Below, piece after piece: positions 40,895-50,024 of a stretch of 64,000 bases of DNA (position 1 is its first letter; every line of letters starts with the position of its first letter). The stretch covers positions 192,001 to 256,000 of the forward strand of contig CBDDDG010000014.1 in NCBI GenBank assembly GCA_965226555.1, in the 5' to 3' direction. The position numbers were made by a program, and so were the translations under genes. The notes beneath the pieces were generated by a model. The model made no database searches, was not told where the DNA came from, and saw nothing but the letters and a program-made list of their open reading frames with translations. The DNA is from Salinispira sp. Its GTDB lineage: Bacteria > Spirochaetota > Spirochaetia > DSM-27196 > Salinispiraceae.

Positions 40895-42111
40895 TGAGTA
40901 TCTCCTTCAATTAGAGAGCGATTCAATAAAAACTTCTGAAGAATTAGCCTTTTTTTTCGAGTGTATCTTTGAGCCTGTTTTTTCAAATTATCTAAGATTT
41001 CATGTAAATGATCAAGAACAATGTAGATTTTGTTTTGTTCCTCCAACGAAGGACGGTAGATTTTTATTGTTTTGTAAGCATCGCTTGATAGTCCAAAACG
41101 CGTTATTCCTTGCGCATATGGGGCAAAATCATGCCGCGCTTTTGACGAGCTCAGCACATACGATAAATATTTTCCAGAAACAGTCTTATTGGGACGTAAA
41201 ATCGCTAAATGATATCCACATACAAGATCAGGAATGTCCTCTGCAATAAAAGTTGGCACTCCAATATCATCAGGAGTTTCAGAGTCTTTTGTGATAACAA
41301 CATCGCCCCTGTAAAGAGAAAATTTATTAATTTCATTTTGGCTTGCAGAAGCACGCATAAAATCAATTTCACTAGTGATTTCTCTATTATTATATGCATC
41401 CATATAGTTGCATAGTTTTACACTGGATTCTCCTTTTTTAGTTTTTTTGTCAACAGGAGAATTCACAATAGTAGCAATTTGCGAAAGAGTAACCTTTTGT
41501 TTGTCAGTATCTATATGGTAAGTTTTCTTCTGAAGTATCAGTCTCGACAAAAACTCCCCATTTTGTATTAGTGCTTCATTTTTAAGCGATATCAGTTCCA
41601 TCTTCTCCAGCACTCTAAGAATCTCTTGCTGGCGTTTTATTGGGGGCAGGGGGAATTCATATTTTGCAATATCTCCCCAGTTTATATACGGATTTGTAGA
41701 GCCTTTGGAGTTTAGTACAGAATGATTTGTAAAATCTTCAGAAAGCATTATGAATGGTAGTAAGCCGGGCACAAGTATGTTGGGTTTTTGAGGATCAATA
41801 ACAAACGTTGTGTTTGCTGTGATTCCATCAAAATTAGCAACCGCCACCTTTTTTAAATATGTACGCCGCGATCCATAAAGAATTTGCCCCTTACGGAATA
41901 TTCGATGGAATGCAGGTCCAACATAATGATCACCAAACTCTCCCCAACGCATAATTCTTAAGTTTTCGGTGTCCATATGTCCACCTTCAACATAGCGTTC
42001 AAATGGATTATTTTCTCTATCTACCGAATCTTTACATTGTTTGGCTATCTCCCCAAACCGAACGATCTGCCAGCCGTCTTTCATCTGTTTTTCTGAAAGT
42101 TTTATTGCCAC
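40891..42111 (-). CDS. hsdS: Type I R-M specificity subunit
   Basis: GWQIVRFGEI, two TRDs, PLPPIKRQQEI and PSLEEQNKI conserved regions. Confidence 0.9.
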   Translation of the reverse strand: MAIKLSEKQMKDGWQIVRFGEIAKQCKDSVDRENNPFERYVEGGHMDTENLRIMRWGEFGDHYVGPAFHRIFRKGQILYGSRRTYLKKVAVANFDGITANTTFVIDPQKPNILVPGLLPFIMLSEDFTNHSVLNSKGSTNPYINWGDIAKYEFPLPPIKRQQEILRVLEKMELISLKNEALIQNGEFLSRLILQKKTYHIDTDKQKVTLSQIATIVNSPVDKKTKKGESSVKLCNYMDAYNNREITSEIDFMRASASQNEINKFSLYRGDVVITKDSETPDDIGVPTFIAEDIPDLVCGYHLAILRPNKTVSGKYLSYVLSSSKARHDFAPYAQGITRFGLSSDAYKTIKIYRPSLEEQNKIYIVLDHLHEILDNLKKQAQRYTRKKRLILQKFLLNRSLIEGDTQ

Positions 42112-42112
42112 A

Positions 42113-43162
42113 TTACACCTGCGATTCTGCTAACCAGCCTTTTTCCGCCAAGACCTTATAGGCCAGTTCAATTTGCCGGGGACTGAATTGTTTTTTACGC
42201 TCATTCCATTGGTGAACCTTCTGTACAACTTCTGCGGTGGACGCAGCATTTTCCTTGGTGGCAACCCAGTGAACGGTGGCAAGGAGCTCCAATCCGAAAG
42301 GAGATTCAAACCCTTCAATTAATTCGGACACCTTGTCGAAATTCCGTTTTGTTTGCGTATGTTTCTTCAGAAATCTTGAAGCTTTCTCATAGGCGCCGGG
42401 AAGCAACTTTAGTTCTTTGTCCGGTCTATCTCCGCCATCGGCATAACCTGTCAGCAAATGCCCCTCAACAGCATTCAGAACATGACGCAGATTTTCCGCA
42501 TAGGGACCATAAATTTTTTTTTGATATTTCAGGTTGAGCCGTTCACCTCCCTCCTGAAGAAAATACATGAATTTGTGCACTTCAAGCAGTGAAACAAATG
42601 GATATAATAAATCGGCAAGGTAACGGTGCATCAGCTCAACCAAAACGGCTCGCCCAGGTGTCATGTTTGGAACACGAGAAGCTTTAACCATTTTTTCAGC
42701 TTCCGGATTCTCTGGGGGTTCAAACACAATAATTGTTACATTCGGTAATTGCGAAAGGGTATGCTCAATACGGGCGCGGACTTCAGCCCAAACAAGCCCG
42801 CCCAGACCGCTTCCGAGAGAGGGAAGAGCTATGGATGCAATGTTATTCTTCGTAATTACCTCCACAAGGTCCTGAAGTCCCGACTCAATATCTTCCATGC
42901 GGCTGGCAGCGCGCCAGTGCCGCTTTGTTGGAAAGTTTATGACATATTTCGGATTGATGAGAGAATCTGTTTTATAAACAAACATTTTACCGGGTACAAC
43001 TTCTTTTTTTTCGCACGCTTCCTCGTACGCTCTAAAGTTCTGAGGAAATTGTTTTTTGAACTGCAACGCAATGCCCCTGCCCATAACACCAACACAGTTC
43101 ACGGTATTGACAAGCGCTTCCGTTTCTTCTTTGAAAATGTCGCCTGTTTTGTGCCTAATCAT
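42113..43162 (-). CDS. darG: DarG-like macrodomain ADP-ribosylglycohydrolase antitoxin
   Basis: NTVNCVGVMGRGIALQFK, NFPTKRHWR, LGSGLGGL, YGPYA, GFESPFGLELLATVHW. Confidence 0.88.
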   Translation of the reverse strand: MIRHKTGDIFKEETEALVNTVNCVGVMGRGIALQFKKQFPQNFRAYEEACEKKEVVPGKMFVYKTDSLINPKYVINFPTKRHWRAASRMEDIESGLQDLVEVITKNNIASIALPSLGSGLGGLVWAEVRARIEHTLSQLPNVTIIVFEPPENPEAEKMVKASRVPNMTPGRAVLVELMHRYLADLLYPFVSLLEVHKFMYFLQEGGERLNLKYQKKIYGPYAENLRHVLNAVEGHLLTGYADGGDRPDKELKLLPGAYEKASRFLKKHTQTKRNFDKVSELIEGFESPFGLELLATVHWVATKENAASTAEVVQKVHQWNERKKQFSPRQIELAYKVLAEKGWLAESQV

Positions 43163-43175
43163 ACCTACATCCTCC

Positions 43176-43217
43176 TTAATAATACCATTCCGGCCTAATT
43201 CTTACAGGAGGGCGAGT
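43176..43217 (-). pseudogene. Residual C-terminus of darT
   Basis: Reads TRPPVRIRPEWYY* directly before the darG SD; resembles DarT/DUF4433 C-termini (from recall). Confidence 0.65.
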
Positions 43218-43225
43218 CGAAATAC

Positions 43226-44704
43226 TCACACCTCAATACCAATATCAGCAAGCGCTGCGAAAAGCTGCCCGGTGTGCTTTTTGAGACGGGCGCGGCCGAC
43301 CTGCCAATCTTCAATGAGCGACTCCAGATTCTGGGCATTCGCATGCGCGCTGCCGCGCACATAGAGCGGTATGGAAAGATTATGCGTGTTTTCCCGAATT
43401 TCATCAACATTCCGCAGGCTCGCTATGTCCTTATGTTTTTCCGGCTCAGAATAGGCTGCCGCCAATGTATGCAGGTTTTTGTCGCTCAGAAAACTGAATG
43501 CCCGTTCCCGCGTCACTTCCTTAACGCCGTTTATGAACAGAATTTTCTTTTTTCGCTCCTTGGGCTTGTTCGCGCGGAGAATGATAATACATGATTCCAT
43601 GGGAGAGTTGTAAAACAGGTGTGGACCCAGACCAATGATCGCCTCAATTATGTCGGACTCAATAATTTTTGCGCGAATGTTCTGTTCAGAATCTCTGAAC
43701 AAAACGCCGTGGGGCCACAGCATGGCTGCTCTGCCGGTTCGGGGATTCAGGCTTTTGATAATGTGCTGGAAAAACGCGTAGTCGGCGCAGCCCTGAGGCG
43801 GCGCGCCGAATTCATTGCGTCCGAAGGGGTCGGCGCTGAATGCGCTTCTATTCCACTTTTTCATTGAATAGGGCGGATTCGCAAAAATAACATCAAACTG
43901 TTTCAGGCGGTCGTATTCGAGAAACTTCGGTTCCGCGAGCGTGTCCCCGCGTTGAATATCGAAGTCCTCAATATCGTGGAGGAACATATTCATTCGAGCA
44001 ATGGCACTGGTCAGCAGGTTCACTTCCTGTCCGAACAGTTGTACCGCGCGCCATTCCTTGCCGTTGCGGCGCAGGTCCATGAGCGCATTGAGAAGCATTC
44101 CGCCGGTGCCGCATGTCGGATCGTAGGCGCTTTCGCCCGGTTTCAGTTCCATAATTCTTGTCATGAGGTGTACAACCGTTCTGTTGGTGTAAAATTCCGC
44201 GGCGGTATGACCGGAGTCATCGGCAAATTTTTTAATGAGATATTCATAGGCAGCCCCAAGGTCGTCCTGAGTAACTGCGGTAATGCCCAGAGGAATTTTG
44301 CTGAAATGTTCCGCCAGCGATGCCAGCAGATGATCCGGCAGCCGTTCTTTGTTTGTCCAGCCCGCATCGCCGAATACGCCGTAGAGACGGGGGTTGGTTT
44401 TCTCAATAGTCCGAAGCGCTTTTTGTATAAAGGCGCCAATGTTGGTCATTGTTTCGCGAAGTATGTTCCAGCGCGCGGATTCAGGAATGACAAAACGGTG
44501 CTGATCGGGCAGGGCAGCGAAGCCCTTATCGCCATCTGAAAAAGTAAGGGCAATGTCGTACTCATCGTTGTAGACATCGGATAATCTTTTATAGAACAGC
44601 AACGGGAAAATGTACTGCTTGTAATCGGCAGCATCAATTTGCCCACGTAAGAATTCTGCGGCGCCCCAGAGCATGCTTTCCAGTTGTTGTTGCGAAAGGC
44701 TCAT
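43226..44704 (-). CDS. hsdM: Type I R-M methyltransferase subunit 2 (NPPY)
   Basis: EFYT, YDPTCGTGG, FANPPYS; start MSLSQQQ at 44704. Confidence 0.92.
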   Translation of the reverse strand: MSLSQQQLESMLWGAAEFLRGQIDAADYKQYIFPLLFYKRLSDVYNDEYDIALTFSDGDKGFAALPDQHRFVIPESARWNILRETMTNIGAFIQKALRTIEKTNPRLYGVFGDAGWTNKERLPDHLLASLAEHFSKIPLGITAVTQDDLGAAYEYLIKKFADDSGHTAAEFYTNRTVVHLMTRIMELKPGESAYDPTCGTGGMLLNALMDLRRNGKEWRAVQLFGQEVNLLTSAIARMNMFLHDIEDFDIQRGDTLAEPKFLEYDRLKQFDVIFANPPYSMKKWNRSAFSADPFGRNEFGAPPQGCADYAFFQHIIKSLNPRTGRAAMLWPHGVLFRDSEQNIRAKIIESDIIEAIIGLGPHLFYNSPMESCIIILRANKPKERKKKILFINGVKEVTRERAFSFLSDKNLHTLAAAYSEPEKHKDIASLRNVDEIRENTHNLSIPLYVRGSAHANAQNLESLIEDWQVGRARLKKHTGQLFAALADIGIEV

Positions 44705-44759
44705 AGCGCAAAGCCCTCCCCTTGTTGTTGCGAAAGGCTCATAGCGCAAAGCCCTCCCC
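44684..44759. repeat. Perfect 38-bp tandem duplication at the hsdM1/hsdM2 junction
   Basis: TTGTTGTTGCGAAAGGCTCATAGCGCAAAGCCCTCCCC twice. Confidence 0.95.
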
Positions 44760-46238
44760 TTCGAGCAACAGTTCCAGTTCATTTTCCGCAGCCTCAAGTT
44801 CGGTCAGTTTGCGCGTAAAATGACGGAGGGCTTCTTCTACGGTTATTTTTTCTTCTTCGAGCGGTTTTTGAACGTACCGGGCAATGTTCAGGTTAAAATG
44901 CTGTTCTTCGAGCTCGGCATATTCGACCCAGCGGGTACGTCCCTCCGCATTAAAAGGGCTCTGTTTTTGTTTCTCATAGAGCCGGTAAATTTCAGCGGCC
45001 TGCTCCGCGCTCATGGTGTTTTGGGCGCGGCCTCTGGTATACATTTCATTTGCATTAATAAACAGCACGGGCGCCTTCGCTCTGGCTGACTTTCTCAAAA
45101 TGAGAATGGCGGCTGGAATGCCTGTTCCATAGAATAAATTGCCTGCCAGTCCAATGACCGCTTCAATGGCACCAATGACAAGAAGGTTTTTTCGAATTTT
45201 TGCTTCCGCGTCAGCTCTGAAGAGCACCCCATGGGGCAGAACAACCGCCATTCGGCCGCTGCCTTCTTTCATAGATGTGTACATGTGCATAATCCATGCG
45301 AAATCGCCATTGTTCTTCGGCGCAAGACCGAAGATATGCCTGTTAAAGGAATCGGAAGACCAGGTGTCATGCCCCCATTCCTTCAGGCTGAAGGGCGGAT
45401 TCGCAATGACACAGTCAAACTGTTCCAGACGGTCATGAGTCAAAAACTGCGGGTCTCTCAAGGTATCTCCGCGGCGTATATCAAAATCTTCCATACCATG
45501 GAGATAGAGATTCATTCGGGCAATTGCTTCTGTGGTCAAATTCTTTTCCTGTCCCTTAAGTTTCAGCAGACGGGGATCGCCGCCGCGTTCACGCGCATGG
45601 TGAACGGTTTCCAGGAGCATTCCGCCGGTGCCGCAGGCAGGGTCATACACGGTTTCGCCGGGCTGCGGATTCAGTATCTGCACCATTAATCGGACAATGG
45701 AGCGCGGCGTATAAAATTCGCCGGCTTTTTTGTTGGATTTGTCCGCAAATCGTTTAATGAGATATTCATAGGCTCTGCCCATGTCATCGTCGCGAACATG
45801 ACCGACACCAAGCCGTATTTTATTGAAATGGTTCAGGAGTTGGATGAGCAGATGATCCGGCAGTCGTTCTTTGTTTGTCCATGGCGCGTCACCGAAAATG
45901 CCATAGAGACGATCATTCGCCTTTTCGATTCCATGAAAAGCAGCCTTCAGCGCTTTACCGGCATCGCGGGTTGCGGCGCATACATCGTTCCAATGGCAAG
46001 CATCGGGCACCTCCATGCGGTGCTGCTCCGGCGCCTTTGCCAGTTCTTCATCGCCGTAATACGCCATGGCTTTTTCAAATTCTTCATCGTAAACATCGCA
46101 CACTCGCTTAAAAAAGAGTATGGGAAAAATGTAGGTCTTGTAGTCGGAGGCATCGATAGGTCCTGTTATAATATGCGCAGCTTCCCATAAATGACGCTCA
46201 AGCTCATTAAGCGACAGCGCGCTTTCCGCATTATTCAT
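44739..46238 (-). CDS. hsdM: Type I R-M methyltransferase subunit 1 (NPPF)
   Basis: GEFYTP, YDPACGTGG, IANPPFS. Confidence 0.93.
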   Translation of the reverse strand: MNNAESALSLNELERHLWEAAHIITGPIDASDYKTYIFPILFFKRVCDVYDEEFEKAMAYYGDEELAKAPEQHRMEVPDACHWNDVCAATRDAGKALKAAFHGIEKANDRLYGIFGDAPWTNKERLPDHLLIQLLNHFNKIRLGVGHVRDDDMGRAYEYLIKRFADKSNKKAGEFYTPRSIVRLMVQILNPQPGETVYDPACGTGGMLLETVHHARERGGDPRLLKLKGQEKNLTTEAIARMNLYLHGMEDFDIRRGDTLRDPQFLTHDRLEQFDCVIANPPFSLKEWGHDTWSSDSFNRHIFGLAPKNNGDFAWIMHMYTSMKEGSGRMAVVLPHGVLFRADAEAKIRKNLLVIGAIEAVIGLAGNLFYGTGIPAAILILRKSARAKAPVLFINANEMYTRGRAQNTMSAEQAAEIYRLYEKQKQSPFNAEGRTRWVEYAELEEQHFNLNIARYVQKPLEEEKITVEEALRHFTRKLTELEAAENELELLLEGEGFAL

Positions 46239-46436
46239 GTCCGTACCATTATGCGCTCATTTCCTCTGCGTTCCAAGCCCATCATCAATCTCCCGCGCCC
46301 CCATCACCGCCCATCATCAATCTCCCGCGCCTCCGCGCCCCCATCACTCAATCATCAATCAATAGTCGATTGACATCAGCATATAATATAATGCATAATC
46401 ATACCCTCATGTGAGTACCGAGTACCGGGGAGGAAG

Positions 46437-47861
46437 ATGACGATGGCAGAAAGAACGCTCTATAACAAGGTCTGGAATGCGCACAAAGTTGCCGATTTGC
46501 CAACTGGCCAGACGCAGCTATTTATTGCGCTTCACATGGTGCATGAGGTTACCAGCCCCCAGGCCTTCAGTATGCTCAGGGAGCGGGGGCTGAGGGTTGC
46601 GTACCCCGATCGGACATTTGCGACCATGGATCATATTGTGCCGACGCATACGCATGCGCGTCCCTTCGGCGATGCTCAGGCGGAGAGCATGATGAAGGCA
46701 ATTGAAAAGAACAGCGCCGATTTCGGCATACATTTTTTTAATTTTGACAGCGGCAGGCAGGGAATTGTTCATGTTGTTGGTCCTGAGCTCGGGCTCACGC
46801 GCCCGGGAATGACCATTGCCTGCGGCGATTCTCATACCTCAACGCATGGGGCCTTTGGAAGCCTTGCTTTTGGTATTGGAACAAGCCAAGTGAGAGATGT
46901 GCTTGCGACACAGTGTCTGGCTATGGACAGCATGAAGGTTCGAAAAATTGAGGTTAACGGATGCCTTGCCGAGGGAGTTACGCCCAAGGATGTTATTCTG
47001 TACATTATTAATCGGCTGGGGGTAAAGGGCGGTATCGGTTATGTTTATGAATACTCAGGCGATGTATTCCGCGATATGAGCATGGAAGGCCGTATGACCG
47101 TCTGCAATATGTCAATTGAAGGAGGCGCGCGGGCAGGCTATGTGAACCCCGATGAAACGACCTTTGCCTACATCAAGGGGCGTGAGTACAGCCCCGGTAA
47201 CAATGACCCCGCCGCATGGGAGGCAGCCTGTAATGAATGGAAATTGTTTGCCTCCGATCCCGATGCAGTATACGATGATCTCGTTCAATTCGATGCTGCC
47301 GACATTCGCCCCATGATTACCTGGGGTGTTACCCCCGGGCAGAGCATTGGTATTGGTCAACTTCTTCCGTATCCTGATGATATGGATGAAGCCGAACAGC
47401 AATCGGCAGAGCTTGCCTATTCCCATATGAAGCTCCATCCCGGGCAGCGTATAGAAGATGTTACTATTAATGTTGCCTTTATCGGAAGCTGCACAAACGG
47501 AAGAATTGAAGATCTGCGTGCTGCTGCGGCAGTTCTCAAGGGAAAAAAGGTCCATTCTGATGTGCATGCCTTTGTTGTTCCCGGTTCCATGCAGGTACGG
47601 AAGCGGGCAATGGAGGAGGGGCTCGACCGGATTTTTACCGAAGCGGGTTTTGAATGGCGGGAAGCGGGTTGTTCCATGTGTCTGGCCATGAATCCTGATC
47701 AGCTCAAGGGAGATCAGATATCTGCCAGCTCTTCAAATAGAAATTTTATTGGGCGTCAGGGGAGTCCGACCGGACGGACCCTGCTGATGTCGCCTGTTAT
47801 GGTTGCTGTTGCGGCAATTAATGGCAGAGTTACGGATATTCGGCCGCTGAAATCGGCATGA
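46437..47861 (+). CDS. leuC: 3-isopropylmalate dehydratase large subunit
   Basis: [47 protein letters not shown]. Confidence 0.97.
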   Translation: MTMAERTLYNKVWNAHKVADLPTGQTQLFIALHMVHEVTSPQAFSMLRERGLRVAYPDRTFATMDHIVPTHTHARPFGDAQAESMMKAIEKNSADFGIHFFNFDSGRQGIVHVVGPELGLTRPGMTIACGDSHTSTHGAFGSLAFGIGTSQVRDVLATQCLAMDSMKVRKIEVNGCLAEGVTPKDVILYIINRLGVKGGIGYVYEYSGDVFRDMSMEGRMTVCNMSIEGGARAGYVNPDETTFAYIKGREYSPGNNDPAAWEAACNEWKLFASDPDAVYDDLVQFDAADIRPMITWGVTPGQSIGIGQLLPYPDDMDEAEQQSAELAYSHMKLHPGQRIEDVTINVAFIGSCTNGRIEDLRAAAAVLKGKKVHSDVHAFVVPGSMQVRKRAMEEGLDRIFTEAGFEWREAGCSMCLAMNPDQLKGDQISASSSNRNFIGRQGSPTGRTLLMSPVMVAVAAINGRVTDIRPLKSA

Positions 47862-47924
47862 AGCCGGGCGCCGAAGTCGAGTTGAAATCGGCATGAAGGT
47901 ATGGCGAGGAGATGGTGAGGTGAT

Positions 47925-48533
47925 ATGGAGAAAATCAGCCGTATAGGCGGTAAAGCGATCCCTGTGAGGGGAAATGATATTGATACTGATCGGATTATTC
48001 CCGCGCGTTTTCTGAAGGAAATTACCTTTGGCCGTATGGGCGAATATCCTTTTTATGATGAGCGTTTTGATAGCGCTGGTAACATGAAAGACCATCCCTT
48101 TAACCGAGAGGAATATCAGGGGGCTTCCATACTTCTGGCCAATGCTAATTTCGGTTGTGGAAGTTCTCGGGAGCATGCGCCGCAAAGTCTTATTCGCTGG
48201 GGAATTAAGGCGGTGGTTGCCGAAAGTTTTGCCGAAATTTTTGCGGGTAATTGTACCATGCTGGGAACTCCGACAGTATGCGCTTCGGCAGCCGATGCGG
48301 AGGTTCTGCAGAAGATCGCCGAAGAAAAACCCGAGACAGTATTCACCCTTGATCTTGAAGCGGGAGTATTACACGCAGGCAAACTGCGCGTGAGTGTATC
48401 TATGCCGGAAAGCAGAAAACGGGCATTTCTTGAAGGCACCTGGGATAGTACTTCCCTTCTTATGGCGCACGCCGAAGAGGTGAGGGAGCTGGCTGCCCGG
48501 TTGCCGGATCCTATACGAGGCGAGCGGAGCTGA
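47925..48533 (+). CDS. leuD: 3-isopropylmalate dehydratase small subunit
   Basis: DIDTDRIIPARFL, NFGCGSSREHAP, SFAEIF. Confidence 0.97.
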   Translation: MEKISRIGGKAIPVRGNDIDTDRIIPARFLKEITFGRMGEYPFYDERFDSAGNMKDHPFNREEYQGASILLANANFGCGSSREHAPQSLIRWGIKAVVAESFAEIFAGNCTMLGTPTVCASAADAEVLQKIAEEKPETVFTLDLEAGVLHAGKLRVSVSMPESRKRAFLEGTWDSTSLLMAHAEEVRELAARLPDPIRGERS

Positions 48534-48534
48534 A

Positions 48535-48695
48535 ACCGTCAACTCTTTCCGGTTCAGACTCAACATCGCCTGCGTCAGCATCAGCATCGCCTGTTATATC
48601 GACAATATCCCGTAAGTCCCCACCCAGATCGTCTGAAAAACTGGGGATATCGCAGGACATGATTACGATGAATAAAGAAATGATTAAAGCACATA
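48535..48695 (-). pseudogene. Remnant of the N-terminus of a paralogue of 48782-49639
   Basis: Aligns with 49430-49620 (signal peptide, lipobox, acidic linker). Confidence 0.75.
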
Positions 48696-48728
48696 AAAAA
48701 AGCCGAAAGATATTACATCTTTCGGCTT
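48695..48728 (-). terminator. Rho-independent terminator
   Basis: AAGCCGAAAGAT-N5-ATCTTTCGGCTT with a T-tract on the minus strand. Confidence 0.75.
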
Positions 48729-48781
48729 AATTCGGCTTCTGCCTTCAGATGAAGACTGAACACGAAAAGTATTCGTATAGA

Positions 48782-49639
48782 TTAGTCAATAATGGTACCT
48801 GTTGTTACTATTCCATCTTCATCATACCCAATAAAGCTATCGGCAGCATAAATTATGCCGTCAATTTCTGTATTCTCAGCAAGAACGGCAAATTGTATCT
48901 TATCAGTTCCGTCGTGAAAGAACGTATCATAATTGGCAGCGTACAGAACACCATTAATTTCAGTGTCTTCTGCCAGAATTCCGTAGTTTGTGAGACCGGA
49001 CTGATGAAGAGTAAGTATGGTATTTTCAGCATAGAGAATTCCATTATTCACTGTATCTTCAACAAGTGTTCCGCTGTTCAATACGCCTGAAGAGTAAAAA
49101 TAGGTCATTACTCCAGAAGCAATAGTGATACCGTCAATCTCGGTATCTTCAACGAGAGTAGCCCTGCGCAGCTGACTGTTTTCGTAGAACATAACTTCTG
49201 TATGAGCAGCGTACAATAGACCGTCAATTTCCGTATCTTCGGCGAGAGTGGCAGTAATTACGTGTTCGTCATTGTAGAATGAGATATATGAATCGGCGGC
49301 GTACAGTACACCGTCAATTTCTGTATCTTCAGCGAGAACACCAGAAATTACCTGTCCGTTATTGTAGAACGAGATAGATGAATCGGCGGCGTATAGTACA
49401 CCGTCAAATTCTGTATCTTCAGCGAGAACACCGTCAACTCTTTCCGGTTCGACGTCAGCATTGCCTGCGTCACGATCTCCTGAATCATGATCTCCTGAGT
49501 CAGCATCGCCATCGTCTGTCATATCGACAATATCCCGTAAGTCTCCACCCATATCTTCTAAAAGACTGGGGGTATCACAGGAAGTGATTACGATGAATAA
49601 GATAGTGATTAAAGCACATAGTTTAAATAATTGAGACAT
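48782..49639 (-). CDS. Acidic repeat lipoprotein (seven ~30-aa LAEDTEIDG..Y repeats)
   Basis: Lipobox ITSC; GGAGG SD; regular repeats. Confidence 0.8.
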   Translation of the reverse strand: MSQLFKLCALITILFIVITSCDTPSLLEDMGGDLRDIVDMTDDGDADSGDHDSGDRDAGNADVEPERVDGVLAEDTEFDGVLYAADSSISFYNNGQVISGVLAEDTEIDGVLYAADSYISFYNDEHVITATLAEDTEIDGLLYAAHTEVMFYENSQLRRATLVEDTEIDGITIASGVMTYFYSSGVLNSGTLVEDTVNNGILYAENTILTLHQSGLTNYGILAEDTEINGVLYAANYDTFFHDGTDKIQFAVLAENTEIDGIIYAADSFIGYDEDGIVTTGTIID

Positions 49640-49674
49640 ATTTGCCTCCCTTTTGAGATAGATTGTACTATACG

Positions 49675-49726
49675 AAAGTTTTACTACTGGAAATTATGCA
49701 CGCACAATTTTCCAACGCAAAAGTTT
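49675..49726. repeat. 52-bp palindromic element flanked by CTATACG direct repeats
   Basis: CTATACG at 49668-49674 and 49727-49733. Confidence 0.75.
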
Positions 49727-49941
49727 CTATACGTACATTGAGAAATGTATCGCAATTACAGAAAAAAACACGGTCAATGTATTTTTTTATAATTCGATGA
49801 CTGCCGGGCTGAATTCCCGCAGGGGAGGCAATGTTTCAGGGTAGGGGTAGAAGGGATATCTGCCATGTGTTTTGCGAATACGCACTTTTTACCATGCTGT
49901 CTATATGTGGTTCTGAATTCGCATTTTTGCTCGCCCTGTAG

Positions 49942-49970
49942 TTGACATACGGCTGAATGTGTAGTAATAT
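49942..49970 (+). promoter_or_regulatory. Putative sigma70 promoter
   Basis: TTGACA-17 bp-TAATAT upstream of 50025. Confidence 0.4.
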
Positions 49971-50024
49971 GTAAGAGAAACTTTTATAGAATTCGAAATA
50001 CACAGAATTTTCGATATTCAAAGG

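Noticed and set aside
35791..43162. ART at 35791 as the cognate DarT of darG
   Set aside because: It lacks DarT-like features, has its own antitoxin/SecB neighbours, and a separate darT stump abuts darG
44705..44797. N-terminal extension of HsdM2 as given in the track
   Set aside because: Arises from overlap with hsdM1 and the 38-bp duplication; the homologous start is 44704
48535..49620. Diversity-generating retroelement TR/VR pair
   Set aside because: Differences are not adenine-specific, include indels, cover the N-terminus, and no RT is present
49790..49830. c-di-GMP-I riboswitch (ATGACTGCCGGGCTG)
   Set aside because: Only a 3'-like fragment; the 5' stem and GNRA loop are not recognisable
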